From IMG/VR virus record IMGVR_UViG_3300040971_000022, positions 1 through 44,955 of that record: a DNA stretch of 44,955 nucleotides; one strand, given 5' to 3'. Positions 26,261 to 36,338 of this stretch are shown here, in pieces. Within the stretch, counting starts at the first letter, position 1; each line of letters starts with the position of its first letter. The notes beneath the pieces are model-generated. The model searched no databases and was not told the DNA's origin. It worked only from the letters and a program-made list of their open reading frames with translations. Source of the DNA: a virus (lineage: Duplodnaviria > Caudoviricetes). Position numbers and translations under genes: made by a program.

Positions 26261-26928
26261 TATTGTGCTGTATTAGTTCTTAAAGTTCCTGATATTTGAA
26301 ATACTTCTAGTGCAAATAGCACTGCTTTATCAACTATCTCATTCTGAAATCCTACAGGTATTTCTGTATAAGCTGTAGAATTATCTGTTACATCTAAGAA
26401 ACCAGGCTGCCCAGAAAGAGCAGGATGTTTAATATAGGTTAAAAAGTAGTTTGTTATAGTCCCAGAGTCCGTATAAGTTATTAATTCGTGTTTCCCTTCC
26501 CCCACATCCATTCTCCATATACCTTTGTTATATGGGCTTTTAAATGGATTTTTAGACTGTTTATTGTAATAGTCGTTGGTTACAGGTTTTACAGGTACTC
26601 TTTCACTTACTCCTGAAATAGATACAAATTCATCTATAATATGTCTTGCGTTTAAAGTACTAATATCCCAAATTTCCCCATTAGTTCTTATTCCTGCCTC
26701 TGGAGCATTTGGGGCTACAGGTCTTGTTATATTACTTGTCTGTAGCAGATTTCCTAATCTCTTTCTATACTCCTCTTGACCCCTATATTTCTGAATAATT
26801 TCATCTACATAGAGTTCTCTTCCTCTATCCATATAGTATTGGATATCTATAGTCCTAATATCTAGGTCTTTACTTATATGGTTCTGTAATTTCTGTAAAA
26901 ACTTTATTTGAAATTGTAATCCAGTCAT
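26260..26928 (-). CDS. Tail ring protein paralog, 222 aa
   Basis: MT start, NPFKSP, TYIKHP and EIVDKAV motifs (crAss R3/R4-type ring). Confidence 0.7.
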   Translation of the reverse strand: MTGLQFQIKFLQKLQNHISKDLDIRTIDIQYYMDRGRELYVDEIIQKYRGQEEYRKRLGNLLQTSNITRPVAPNAPEAGIRTNGEIWDISTLNARHIIDEFVSISGVSERVPVKPVTNDYYNKQSKNPFKSPYNKGIWRMDVGEGKHELITYTDSGTITNYFLTYIKHPALSGQPGFLDVTDNSTAYTEIPVGFQNEIVDKAVLFALEVFQISGTLRTNTAQ

Positions 26929-27587
26929 TACTTATTATCTTCTTTAGTTGAAGCTGCTATACCAAATTTATCTTGTAATAGTTGTGTAGCAGCCATTCTT
27001 ACAATAATTTCATGAAACCTATCTAATAATTCACAGTTTTGAGAAAGAGATACTTTAGCTGGAGCATTTAACAGGTCTAGGGTTATAGGAGTAGAGTTTG
27101 CTAAAATGGTATAGTCATCGTAAATTACCATGGCCTTACTATCACCGACCAAAGAAATTACAGGTTGTAATATTACCGGTTTGTTAGTGTAATTTGTTAA
27201 AAACCTGTTAATGTCTCCCTCTATAGGAATTAGTTCAAGTGTTGAATCTGTTTCTCCCATTGCACTAGCCGTTATATTTATAGAACCTGAAACAAATTCT
27301 TTGGTATTATCCCAAGTAACCACTAAAGATTTAGAGTAATCACTGGCAGTAGTTACCCCTACGGTACCTACTTCTATTAGATTTAATAACTCTTGTCTAT
27401 GTGTTCTTAAAAAATTAGTTCTTTCTACAAAACTACCTGTAAGGTATCTCTCTATAAAAAATTTATTTTGGGCCTCATTAATATATTCAAATTGTATATC
27501 AGATTCAGGAAGCCATTTCTTAGGGAAATGCTTGGTAGCAGCCTCTATAATATCCTGAAATAATATTTGCATTTCTTTTCCTGTCAT
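26928..27587 (-). CDS. Tail ring protein paralog, 219 aa
   Basis: MTGKEM, INEAQ and CELLDRFHEIIVRMA motifs. Confidence 0.7.
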   Translation of the reverse strand: MTGKEMQILFQDIIEAATKHFPKKWLPESDIQFEYINEAQNKFFIERYLTGSFVERTNFLRTHRQELLNLIEVGTVGVTTASDYSKSLVVTWDNTKEFVSGSINITASAMGETDSTLELIPIEGDINRFLTNYTNKPVILQPVISLVGDSKAMVIYDDYTILANSTPITLDLLNAPAKVSLSQNCELLDRFHEIIVRMAATQLLQDKFGIAASTKEDNK

Positions 27588-28219
27588 TATTGGCTACTCC
27601 TTTCTGTTGTTAATAAACTAGTTATAGCAAGTCTTACTGCTTTTTCTATAATACCTTCCTGTAAAGAAATGTTTACGTCACTTATATCTGCAGAAGTATT
27701 TGTAAAATTAGCCCCAGTTAATGCTGCAAATGTAGGTTTCTTTACATATGTTAAATACAGTTTATCTAGTACAGTATAACTATCTGCAAGTACTTTAATC
27801 TTTTCATCCTCTATGTATACTTTAGGGTGTCTAAAGTAAGGAGTATGTGTAGTGGTTACATAATATAATTCTGCCTCATGAGCCTGTATAAATTCCCCTG
27901 TTACATATGTAGTAGTAGCTGCTACTCTACATCTAGAACGTACATAGTAAAGGTAATCAGTTATGCCCCCAGAATTTAATGGTGCACTATATTCATTTGG
28001 TGTAGTGGCCCTATTATCTGTAAGGGTTATTTCTGTAGATGTTTTTACTAAGTTAGAAATTAAATCAAAGGTTTCAGCCAAAGAAAGCTCTTGCACTGTA
28101 CTCATAGTAGCCATCTTTATAAATTCTAGAATCTCTTCATCTGTCCATCCAGCTACATCTACAGATACTTCAGCGTATACTCTAGCAAGAAACATTTCTT
28201 TGGCTTCACCAGCTGTCAT
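27587..28219 (-). CDS. Tail ring protein paralog, 210 aa
   Basis: MTAGE, GWTDEEI, PYFRHP, TYVKKP and IIEKAV motifs. Confidence 0.7.
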   Translation of the reverse strand: MTAGEAKEMFLARVYAEVSVDVAGWTDEEILEFIKMATMSTVQELSLAETFDLISNLVKTSTEITLTDNRATTPNEYSAPLNSGGITDYLYYVRSRCRVAATTTYVTGEFIQAHEAELYYVTTTHTPYFRHPKVYIEDEKIKVLADSYTVLDKLYLTYVKKPTFAALTGANFTNTSADISDVNISLQEGIIEKAVRLAITSLLTTERSSQ

Positions 28220-28221
28220 AA

Positions 28222-29115
28222 TTATTGCCCTTTCTCAGCTTTCTCTATTTGTGCAATCATTTTAAAATACATAGGGTCTTTCCTTTCAGACTTCATTTTA
28301 TCTAAAGTAGCTACAAGTCCTTCATAAGAAAACCCTTCTCCTCCGAGTCCTACTAAGTGGAATGTTCCAATGCCTTCTTGCTCAATAACTCCAGTATCTA
28401 TACCTCTTTGAATTAAAGCCTTTGTTTCATAGTCCCTGTCCTCAATAAGAGCCAAGTATCCAGCTTTATCTGTTTTAATAATCTTTTGTATTTCAGATAC
28501 TAAAAACTCCTTACTGGCATTCTTAGGTACTTGTTTAGTTGTTCTTTTAGTAGTCCAATACACCTGTAAGAACTCCCTCATTTTTGTGGGCCTTTCCTTT
28601 AGTTCCCCTAAGAACATCCAAATTCTAGCATTTTCATCTGCTTCTTTTTCTGCTTCTACTTCCTCATAATCTGCATCTATAAATGCAAAGCTGTGGAAGG
28701 GGGACCTACTTTCCCAAGTTTTAGATACTAACTTATGGTTTGTTAATAGAACCTTATAGGTTAGCATATCCCTTGGATCCATAAGATTATAAAGTTTTCC
28801 TACCCTTATAATTTCAGGAGATTTTAAAACCTCTATTGAATAAGTTTTCCAGAATTTATTATCTGGAGTGTGTACATTCAGGTCTGTTTTAAAGATACTC
28901 TCAAAGTACTCTCTTTCTTCATCGTTCCCTTTAAAGGGGTCTATAGGTCTGTTGCCCTCATCTACTCCTATTACAAATCCTCTTAAAGACCCATCAAAAC
29001 CTCCATAAGCCGCATGATTGGGATCCTTTGTTAATTCAGAGGCTTTAGGTAATAGTCTAAGGTATACTTTCCTATTTTCTAAAAATCCTTTTTTTACTGC
29101 TTCCTCTACTGTCAT
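28222..29115 (-). CDS. Conserved crAss protein downstream of MCP, 297 aa
   Basis: NKFWK and NLMDPRDMLTYKVL motifs; conserved position right after the MCP gene. Confidence 0.65.
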   Translation of the reverse strand: MTVEEAVKKGFLENRKVYLRLLPKASELTKDPNHAAYGGFDGSLRGFVIGVDEGNRPIDPFKGNDEEREYFESIFKTDLNVHTPDNKFWKTYSIEVLKSPEIIRVGKLYNLMDPRDMLTYKVLLTNHKLVSKTWESRSPFHSFAFIDADYEEVEAEKEADENARIWMFLGELKERPTKMREFLQVYWTTKRTTKQVPKNASKEFLVSEIQKIIKTDKAGYLALIEDRDYETKALIQRGIDTGVIEQEGIGTFHLVGLGGEGFSYEGLVATLDKMKSERKDPMYFKMIAQIEKAEKGQ

Positions 29116-29156
29116 AATTTGCCTTTTTTTGTTCCGGTTTAATTAAATTAATTTTT

Positions 29157-29188
29157 CAAAGTTATTTAAAATATGGGACAAGAACAAA
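29157..29188 (-). promoter_or_regulatory. Bacteroidota-type promoter overlapping the MCP terminator
   Basis: TTTG (29188-29185) - 20 nt - TAACTTTG (29164-29157). Confidence 0.7.
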
Positions 29189-29204
29189 TCCTGTCCCATA
29201 TTTT
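29168..29204 (-). terminator. Intrinsic terminator after MCP
   Basis: 13-bp inverted repeat aaaatatgggaca / tgtcccatatttt just downstream of the MCP stop. Confidence 0.8.
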
Positions 29205-29216
29205 TATAAATTAAAG

Positions 29217-30713
29217 TTACAATTGATATAAAGTTGGGATAAACCTACCTGTTTTCTTAGGATTACCCATATGTAGACCGCCTACCCACTGCTTAAATAC
29301 AGAGTATCCATCCTTAGATGAAGCTGCCATACCTGGAGCAGTAAGATTATTCCAAGCTGAGAATGGATCACGCATACCAGGAATATAACGGTAAAGCTCT
29401 TCATAACCTTTAACTTTAAGCCTTTGGATATTTGGCTTACCATTAGTGGTACCAAAGTCATAAATATCAAAGATACGTGAAGTTACTGGACCTCCTTCAG
29501 GATGCATTTTCATATTGTGAATTGGATTATCTTTCATCTTATCCAGCATCACATTAATCTCAATACCATTAATCCATCCAAAGTTGACCATTTGGCCTTC
29601 CATTAAGCTGATCTTATTACCACTAATCTTAAAGTTATGATTAGATTGGGCCCAAGGATAACTAGCGGCCTTGTTCATAAGAGCTTTATGGAATTCATAT
29701 AGGCCATATTCACCAGTAGATACTACAATCTTACGTTGTGATTGACCTACCATATTATAAGTAATGTCTAGGATAAATTTAGTAAATACATCAATATCAA
29801 ATTGATTATAGTACTTAATGTTACCACTATTCATAAACTCATATAATCCCATACCGGCCTTAACGGTATTACCAGACTCACCTTTAATTTGGGAAGCCAT
29901 ACCATTTAGACCAAGACTCTTACCATACATCATCAACCTAGCCTTATCCCTACGGAACTGGGTGAAAAACTCATAGTCTAGTTTACCAAGCCACCTGTCA
30001 AACCTTTGCCCATTATCTGCAACAAAACTCCATACTAGAGGTTGGTTAACCCCTTTAAGAATCATATTACCAGGAACCTCATAATTCTTACGGATTACTG
30101 AAGTCTGATTAGTAAGCTCAAAGTGGCTAGCAAAAGTAAGGTCAGTACCTCTGGTAGAAAATTCTTGCTCAACAAGACCATAATTTTCTACCCAACGTGT
30201 ACCAGAAGCCACTTCATCAGCGGGAACAAATAGAGTACTATCTGCTTCAGCTATCAACTGTACTTGGTACCTAGTATGCAATCCTACCTGTACCCCATCC
30301 CCCATAATACGGAGCATAATCTGCTCTGGGTGATTACTTGTTAGTACACCTGTAGCACTAAAAACGTCATCTTCAAACCATAGATAGAAAGAAGCTCCTT
30401 TATATCCTGCACGGTGGTTATCTGTAATAACAGTAGTACCGGCAGCATCAATAGTAGCTTTTACCAGTGGATAATTCCTTTCCTCTACACCTTGCATAGC
30501 ATAGCGGTAAGGACCCTCCTCATTTAGTTCATATGCAGGAAGACTCTCCACAAAGTTTACAAAGTTATTAGCTCCAATATCAAGGTCTATTAGCCTCTCA
30601 ATGTCTCCTACCTTCTGGATGTCTGTCATACCTAACCATCCAAGGTGAGCTTCTCTAACCAGTTTTCCATACTGTTTAGAATCAGAGATTTGGTTTTTAA
30701 AAATTTTACTCAT
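29217..30713 (-). CDS. Major capsid protein (HK97 fold, crAss type), 498 aa
   Basis: VEQEFSTRG, GESGNTVKAGMGLYE, TGEYGLYEFHKA, HPEGGPVTS and YIPGMRDPFS motifs typical of crAss MCP; follows scaffold, followed by terminator. Confidence 0.92.
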   Translation of the reverse strand: MSKIFKNQISDSKQYGKLVREAHLGWLGMTDIQKVGDIERLIDLDIGANNFVNFVESLPAYELNEEGPYRYAMQGVEERNYPLVKATIDAAGTTVITDNHRAGYKGASFYLWFEDDVFSATGVLTSNHPEQIMLRIMGDGVQVGLHTRYQVQLIAEADSTLFVPADEVASGTRWVENYGLVEQEFSTRGTDLTFASHFELTNQTSVIRKNYEVPGNMILKGVNQPLVWSFVADNGQRFDRWLGKLDYEFFTQFRRDKARLMMYGKSLGLNGMASQIKGESGNTVKAGMGLYEFMNSGNIKYYNQFDIDVFTKFILDITYNMVGQSQRKIVVSTGEYGLYEFHKALMNKAASYPWAQSNHNFKISGNKISLMEGQMVNFGWINGIEINVMLDKMKDNPIHNMKMHPEGGPVTSRIFDIYDFGTTNGKPNIQRLKVKGYEELYRYIPGMRDPFSAWNNLTAPGMAASSKDGYSVFKQWVGGLHMGNPKKTGRFIPTLYQL

Positions 30714-30741
30714 AATTTATTTTTGTTTTTAAAATTGGGTC

Positions 30742-31935
30742 TTATACTTTACCTCTGAAAAAAGCATTCATATCAAATTCATCTGCTTTATTACCTCCAG
30801 TAGGTTTACCTTTCACTCCACTTCCCTTAGTTTTAAGAGCTTCTTCAAACTCATTTAAAACTTTAGTTTTAGTGGTCTTTTTTATAACATCTGTTTTACC
30901 ATAAAATAGGCCAGAAGTTAAAAGGTATGATAGATGCGCATCAAACTTTTTAGGATCTTTAGCTCTTTCAGCCCACAGCCCATTAGTCACATTACCATGA
31001 ACATCCTTAACAGGTTCCAGAAGAAGTTTCTCCATCTTTTGCTGTGTAGGCTTATTAATCTTTTGACCTTCTATAATCTCTGTTAACCCATAAATATAAT
31101 CTTTAAGCTCAGTCTTATATTTATTAACAGCTTCTATCTTAGCTTTTTCCTGTTCTTTTACTTGTGCCTCTGCAGCTTCTAGTTGTTGCTTATTAAGAAC
31201 TTTTAAATCTTCTAGAGCCTCTGCAGCTTCAGCCTCATCTTTTCCTAAACTTATCCAATCCTCTACAGTTTCCTTAATCTTCTTATCTGTAAATCTAGTT
31301 GTAAGTTTTAAATGTTGGGTCAAAATATCCCTACGTAAAGCCTCTTTATCTTCTCCTTCTAATCCTTCTTTACTTAACTTATCCAGATTACTCTTTTGAA
31401 ATACTAGCTCTTTAGCTACTTCACTATCTACACCTGCATCCTTTAATCTAAAATATTCAAGAAGTTCTTCTTTGTCTCCACCATAAACTTCTTTAGCCTC
31501 TTCATAAATCTTGTCCTTAGAAAGTTCTAGCAAATATTTCATTGCTCCAATCTCTCCTTCCTCTTCTACAATTTTAGCAAGCTCTTCTTCATCAAATTCA
31601 GAAATAACCCCCTCATCCTGTTGGAACTTTGCAAAGGCAAGAGCAAAGGAACCAGAAGCATCTTTCTTGTCATCAATATCATCGGATGAGGGGGTTTCTT
31701 TCTCATCTTTTTGTACAGATACTTCTTTTCCTTCCTCCTTCTCCTTTTCCTCCCCTTCTAACTCAGGGGGCTCTCCAACTATAAATTCTACCTTATCTTC
31801 TGTCTCTTCTGTAGGAGGTAAATTACCTGCTACATTTTCTGGTGTACTACCCTCTCCAGGAGAGCCTCCAACCTCATACTCAACTCCTTGTCCAAAGAGA
31901 GAGTCAAAATCAATGTCTAGTGCTTCTTTACTCAT
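30742..31935 (-). CDS. Putative capsid scaffolding protein, 397 aa
   Basis: Very acidic disordered N-terminus and coiled coil; directly upstream of MCP. Confidence 0.7.
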   Translation of the reverse strand: MSKEALDIDFDSLFGQGVEYEVGGSPGEGSTPENVAGNLPPTEETEDKVEFIVGEPPELEGEEKEKEEGKEVSVQKDEKETPSSDDIDDKKDASGSFALAFAKFQQDEGVISEFDEEELAKIVEEEGEIGAMKYLLELSKDKIYEEAKEVYGGDKEELLEYFRLKDAGVDSEVAKELVFQKSNLDKLSKEGLEGEDKEALRRDILTQHLKLTTRFTDKKIKETVEDWISLGKDEAEAAEALEDLKVLNKQQLEAAEAQVKEQEKAKIEAVNKYKTELKDYIYGLTEIIEGQKINKPTQQKMEKLLLEPVKDVHGNVTNGLWAERAKDPKKFDAHLSYLLTSGLFYGKTDVIKKTTKTKVLNEFEEALKTKGSGVKGKPTGGNKADEFDMNAFFRGKV

Positions 31936-31962
31936 TTTTGCCTTTGTTTTTAAAACTATTTA

Positions 31963-31993
31963 CAAATTAAACATATTAGATTGTATAATCAAA
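31963..31993 (-). promoter_or_regulatory. Near-consensus promoter for scaffold-MCP
   Basis: TTTG (31993-31990) - 19 nt - TTAATTTG (31970-31963); one mismatch to TAnnTTTG. Confidence 0.5.
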
Positions 31994-32011
31994 ATTATTA
32001 GATTCATTTAT

Positions 32012-32218
32012 TTATTCCTCTATAACCAAACTTGTTGTGGTATTTACTCCAACTTTACCATCTATCCATTTCATTACTCTAGTTGCTTTCTCATTACTTG
32101 AATAAGTATAAACTATAGTATCATTCATACTAGATACTATGTACAGGTCTTTACCCAGTACATAGTATTTTAGTATATTATTAAAATTAATACGTTGTTC
32201 TTGTATTGTTAAATACAT
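32012..32218 (-). CDS. Hypothetical protein, 68 aa
   Basis: ORF starts 1 nt after the upstream stop and fills the gap. Confidence 0.7.
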   Translation of the reverse strand: MYLTIQEQRINFNNILKYYVLGKDLYIVSSMNDTIVYTYSSNEKATRVMKWIDGKVGVNTTTSLVIEE

Positions 32219-32219
32219 G

Positions 32220-33758
32220 CTATCTTCTTCTTCTTTTTAAAGATTCTATTGGTATTACTCCTCCTTGTTCAAACTGATTAGGAATGTGGTATAAAGGTTT
32301 TGTTTCTGGAAGATTAGGATTAGTTTGTTTATTCTTACTTTGCCAATCTAGTAAAGCTTGCTTAGTTTCATCTCCATATATACCATCAAAAGTACCTTCT
32401 TTTTTAGTAGATTTTGGTAATTTATAACCTCTATTACTTAATTCTCTTTGTAAAGCTAATGTATCAAAATTTTTGCTGTTTGGATCTAATTCCATCAATT
32501 TCTTATCTGAAAAATATTGTCTTGTATATCTCTGTGGAACTCTACTATACAAGGAATCTAGTTTATTGGCTAGTTCCATCCTCTTACTATCTAATTCATC
32601 CATTACTTTTAAACCTTCTGTATCAGATGTAGAAAAATAAGGTTTTTTATATAATTGCATAGAGACATTATCAAGGTTAATTTGAGAGAGTTCCTTTTCA
32701 TATCTGCTATACTCTTGGTTCCAAATATTGAATTTATTTTCATAATCTTCATCCTCTCTATAATAAAGCCTATTATATATTTCAAAAGGTTTTCCAATAC
32801 CTGCCGATATATCTTCTTTATCGCCTACCATATTTTTTAACACCTTATTCTTTGAATTAGTCCATTCTCCTCTATAAGGGTTTAAATCCCAACTATCGTA
32901 ATATGAAATATACTTTCCTTCAGAGTCCTCCCCATGATCAATTTTATAAGTTCCTAAAACAGAATTTGTGAATAACTCATTTGGACTAGCATTAATTTTA
33001 TTAATTTCCTCTATTAAATCAGATTTACGAGGCCGAAAATCTTCTGTTCCTGTATTCCCAACTTTAATCATATTATTAATAGTTTTATCTGTTTCCCTGT
33101 GGTTATAAAAATAGTCTGACTCGTTTCCTTCTCTAACACTCGGAGAATATTCTGATATTCCGAAACTATCATTTTTTTGAGGGAAACCTAAATATAGATT
33201 AAAAGCATCTTTTGCTCCATCTGTATTCCCATTCCCAAAGATAAAGTCATTGGGATCACTCAAAAACTCGTGATCATACTCACTTTTATTTAAAATTACC
33301 GTATTATATGCACGTTTTACGGGAGAACCCAGCTGTAATGAAGAATTACCTCCAGTACTATTATATTCATAAGGAAACATATTTTTCTGCAACCTTCTAG
33401 ATATAAAAGACTTATTACCTGTTTGGTCATTTGTGATGCCTGTTTCTTTTAATTGCTGTGCTGTAGTGCCTTTATAGTCTGTATTAAATCTTTTACCATT
33501 CCACATAAACTCTTTTTCACCAGACTGTCTAGCACTTGAATAAGCAGAATTAAAATCTCCTTTATCTGAATAATCTGTAACACCCCAATTTTTAGGATTC
33601 AAATTGGTTTTAATTGTTTCTAACAGTCCACCACTTTGAAGTTTTTGTAAACTATCTTCAAAATCTTTTTTAGCACTACTATAAGAATAGCCAAGCTTCT
33701 TATATTCTCTAAGAAGACCTATTCTTTCTTTAACCGGTATATTAAGCCAATCACTCAT
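32220..33758 (-). CDS. Multi-domain protein with C-terminal peptidoglycan-binding domain; candidate virion cargo, 512 aa
   Basis: DTLALQRELSNRGY...DGIYGDETKQALLDWQ is PG_binding_1-like; FNSAYSSARQSGEKEFMWNGKRFNT module; GG motifs near both termini. Confidence 0.7.
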   Translation of the reverse strand: MSDWLNIPVKERIGLLREYKKLGYSYSSAKKDFEDSLQKLQSGGLLETIKTNLNPKNWGVTDYSDKGDFNSAYSSARQSGEKEFMWNGKRFNTDYKGTTAQQLKETGITNDQTGNKSFISRRLQKNMFPYEYNSTGGNSSLQLGSPVKRAYNTVILNKSEYDHEFLSDPNDFIFGNGNTDGAKDAFNLYLGFPQKNDSFGISEYSPSVREGNESDYFYNHRETDKTINNMIKVGNTGTEDFRPRKSDLIEEINKINASPNELFTNSVLGTYKIDHGEDSEGKYISYYDSWDLNPYRGEWTNSKNKVLKNMVGDKEDISAGIGKPFEIYNRLYYREDEDYENKFNIWNQEYSRYEKELSQINLDNVSMQLYKKPYFSTSDTEGLKVMDELDSKRMELANKLDSLYSRVPQRYTRQYFSDKKLMELDPNSKNFDTLALQRELSNRGYKLPKSTKKEGTFDGIYGDETKQALLDWQSKNKQTNPNLPETKPLYHIPNQFEQGGVIPIESLKRRRR

Positions 33759-33760
33759 AG

Positions 33761-36289
33761 CTATTTCTTTTTACGTTCACCTGTTACAGGATTTTTGAGA
33801 GCTGTTTTAGCCTTTAATTTTTCCCTTTCCATAGCAGCAATATCTTTCTGCTTTTGTAACTCTTTAGCAACTGTCAACTTCTTCTCCTCTAAAGCAATCT
33901 TTTTATCTTCTAAAGCCTGTTTAATAGTAAGTTCTCTATCCTTATTAGACTGTTCAAAAGCGACTCTAGTATTTTCTAAAGCCAACTTACCTTGTTCCAA
34001 TACATCAGGAATTTGATTATCATTAATATCCTTCTCAGGGTCATAAGACATAGCTTTAATCTCTTCAAGGTATATTTTATTCTCCCTATCAAGTTGCTTA
34101 TTCATATCTTCCCTATCAAGCTTGTCATACTCTAAAACTAGTTCAGCATCTTTAATTTCTATCTCTTTTTGTATTTGTGCCTGTACAGCTTCCTGTTCAG
34201 CTTTAAACTGTTCTTGCTGTTGTTGCTGTTTCTGTTGTTCATCTTCCTGTATCTTTCTGGTGATAGTAGCTCTATCTTTAGCGTTCATTAGTTCTGCAAC
34301 TAGTCCAAAATTACCACCTGTTTGCAGATATCTTTCACTTAGCCCTTTAAGAGCCTGTAGTACTTGAGCATCATCTGAAGCATTTGATACATCTACGCCA
34401 TAACAAGCCTCTCTATAGGTATTATAGTCAAACTCCAACATCTGTTTGGTACCATCATCTAGTACAAATTCCTTAACAAAATTTTTACCTTTATAGGCAA
34501 TCTTAGCAGCCTCTAAAAGGGCTCTTAAAGCTCTTACTTTAGTATTATCATGTACAGAGAACCATTCCTCGGTAATATTAGAACTCTGCATTACAGACCT
34601 CTCCACACCTCCTACAGTCTCCCTATTATCTATAGTTCCTCTACGTTGAGGTGTAATACCTGTTAAATTATCCACCTCTCCTTTTATAAACTGGAGCATC
34701 TGAATATTATTCTGTATCTGATTATTATTAGACAGATCCATTTGAGTAGGCATACCACTCATTGCTCCAGCCAATTTACCTTTAGCAAATCCTTCTTGTC
34801 CTTGGTTAAAAGCATCTATTGGAAGCCAACCTAAGTTCTCTGCCCAGAATAAAGCTGCTTCTGCCCCCCATTGGTCTGGAATTAGATGTATTGGGAACAT
34901 ACCTACCTTACCTCTATCTTTAATAAAGGAAAGTTCTGTCCTGTACATAAAGGTATTCCATAGATATTGCCAATCTTCCCCAATACCTATTAATCCTTTT
35001 CCTGTATCATCATTAGTATTGTATACTGAACCTACTATACCTGGATGAGACATTGATAAATTATCCCTATGCCTCATTTGTATCTCACAAGGTTGCATTT
35101 TAACATATATGTCTGGACCTATTTTAGTAGTCTCATACCACTCTTTGATCCATCTCCAATCTACCTTTTCTCCTAACTCTGTAGCAGGTTTATACTGTTC
35201 AGGTACTGTATCCTTCTGTAGCTCCCCATTTTCATCAAAGAAGGTAAGAATACCTACCTTACGCATACCTGCCCATACTACTCTGGTTACTCTAACATTA
35301 CCCTCAGCATCATATGCCCCATTTACAATACCTGTCCAAGCATCAACATCTCCTACACCCATAGTAGAAAGATCTACATATTCTACAGGTTTAGGAGCAT
35401 TTATCTCTGGTCTAAGCATTTTTACCTGTCCTCCAGTAGAGACTAAAGTAGAGTACCCATCTTCAATAGCCTTTACCTGCTTATCTGTAAGATAGTCATA
35501 ATATCTATCAATAGTTTCTCCTATAGAAAGATAGCAATCCTCTACAATAATATCACTTTCCTCAATCTTCCAGCTACTACCACTACGTATAGTACTTATA
35601 TTCTTAGGGTTAGCCTTTCTCAGTATAGGTTCCCCACCATATATTTCTATAACGTATATTTCTTCTCCTACAATTAGTGCATCCTTAAATCCTCTACTAA
35701 ATTGTTCCTTTAAATCCTGAGTATGGTAAAGGTATCTAAGCATCTGGGTACCCATTCTTTCTCGTACATCTTTATAGTTGTACTTCATATGGGTATTAAA
35801 TTTTTCTATTCTTTGTTGAGCTTCTTCTTCACTAAAAGATGTAGCTGTAATTTCTTCAATATACATCTGTCTCCACATCTTATCCATGTTCTCAACCTTC
35901 TCTGTAATAGCATCAGCATTAATAACTGTTACCGTAGGGTTAAAAATCCTCTTTCTCTCTTCTCCACACAAAAGATTTATACCAGGATTAAGAAGTGGAT
36001 AGTTTCTATAGGATGCTGGAAATTCATCAGTGTTAAAAAGTCCTAAAGGATTAAGAGTTTTTTCTACCTCTCTTTTATCTACCCTATTATCATAGAGCCC
36101 ATACCAGACTTCTTTTTTCCTTTTAGTAGATCTTACACCATTAGGTAGTTTTACTAAGTCAGCATTATCTGCTAAAGTCATTCCTACATCAGCACAGTCC
36201 TTAAAGAATTTTTCATTCTTTTCACTCTCTGACCTTTTCTGTCTGGGCCAGTATCCTATATTATCTGATAATGTTAAAGTTGAGCTCAT
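33761..36289 (-). CDS. Portal protein, 842 aa
   Basis: NYPLLNPGINLLCGEE, GITPQRRG and ETVGGVERSV motifs, Gln-rich coiled-coil C-terminus; directly after TerL. Confidence 0.92.
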   Translation of the reverse strand: MSSTLTLSDNIGYWPRQKRSESEKNEKFFKDCADVGMTLADNADLVKLPNGVRSTKRKKEVWYGLYDNRVDKREVEKTLNPLGLFNTDEFPASYRNYPLLNPGINLLCGEERKRIFNPTVTVINADAITEKVENMDKMWRQMYIEEITATSFSEEEAQQRIEKFNTHMKYNYKDVRERMGTQMLRYLYHTQDLKEQFSRGFKDALIVGEEIYVIEIYGGEPILRKANPKNISTIRSGSSWKIEESDIIVEDCYLSIGETIDRYYDYLTDKQVKAIEDGYSTLVSTGGQVKMLRPEINAPKPVEYVDLSTMGVGDVDAWTGIVNGAYDAEGNVRVTRVVWAGMRKVGILTFFDENGELQKDTVPEQYKPATELGEKVDWRWIKEWYETTKIGPDIYVKMQPCEIQMRHRDNLSMSHPGIVGSVYNTNDDTGKGLIGIGEDWQYLWNTFMYRTELSFIKDRGKVGMFPIHLIPDQWGAEAALFWAENLGWLPIDAFNQGQEGFAKGKLAGAMSGMPTQMDLSNNNQIQNNIQMLQFIKGEVDNLTGITPQRRGTIDNRETVGGVERSVMQSSNITEEWFSVHDNTKVRALRALLEAAKIAYKGKNFVKEFVLDDGTKQMLEFDYNTYREACYGVDVSNASDDAQVLQALKGLSERYLQTGGNFGLVAELMNAKDRATITRKIQEDEQQKQQQQQEQFKAEQEAVQAQIQKEIEIKDAELVLEYDKLDREDMNKQLDRENKIYLEEIKAMSYDPEKDINDNQIPDVLEQGKLALENTRVAFEQSNKDRELTIKQALEDKKIALEEKKLTVAKELQKQKDIAAMEREKLKAKTALKNPVTGERKKK

Positions 36290-36306
36290 ATTATTATAGT
36301 ATTCTA

Positions 36307-36338
36307 CAAAGTTATATTTATATTAATTACTTATCAAA
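36307..36338 (-). promoter_or_regulatory. Bacteroidota-type promoter for portal
   Basis: TTTG (36338-36335) - 20 nt - TAACTTTG (36314-36307), overlapping the terL 3' end. Confidence 0.7.

Noticed and set aside
25615-32797. Short alternative-frame minus-strand ORFs 25615-25800, 29282-29470 and 32609-32797
   Set aside because: They are fully nested in well-supported genes, with no motifs or initiation context.
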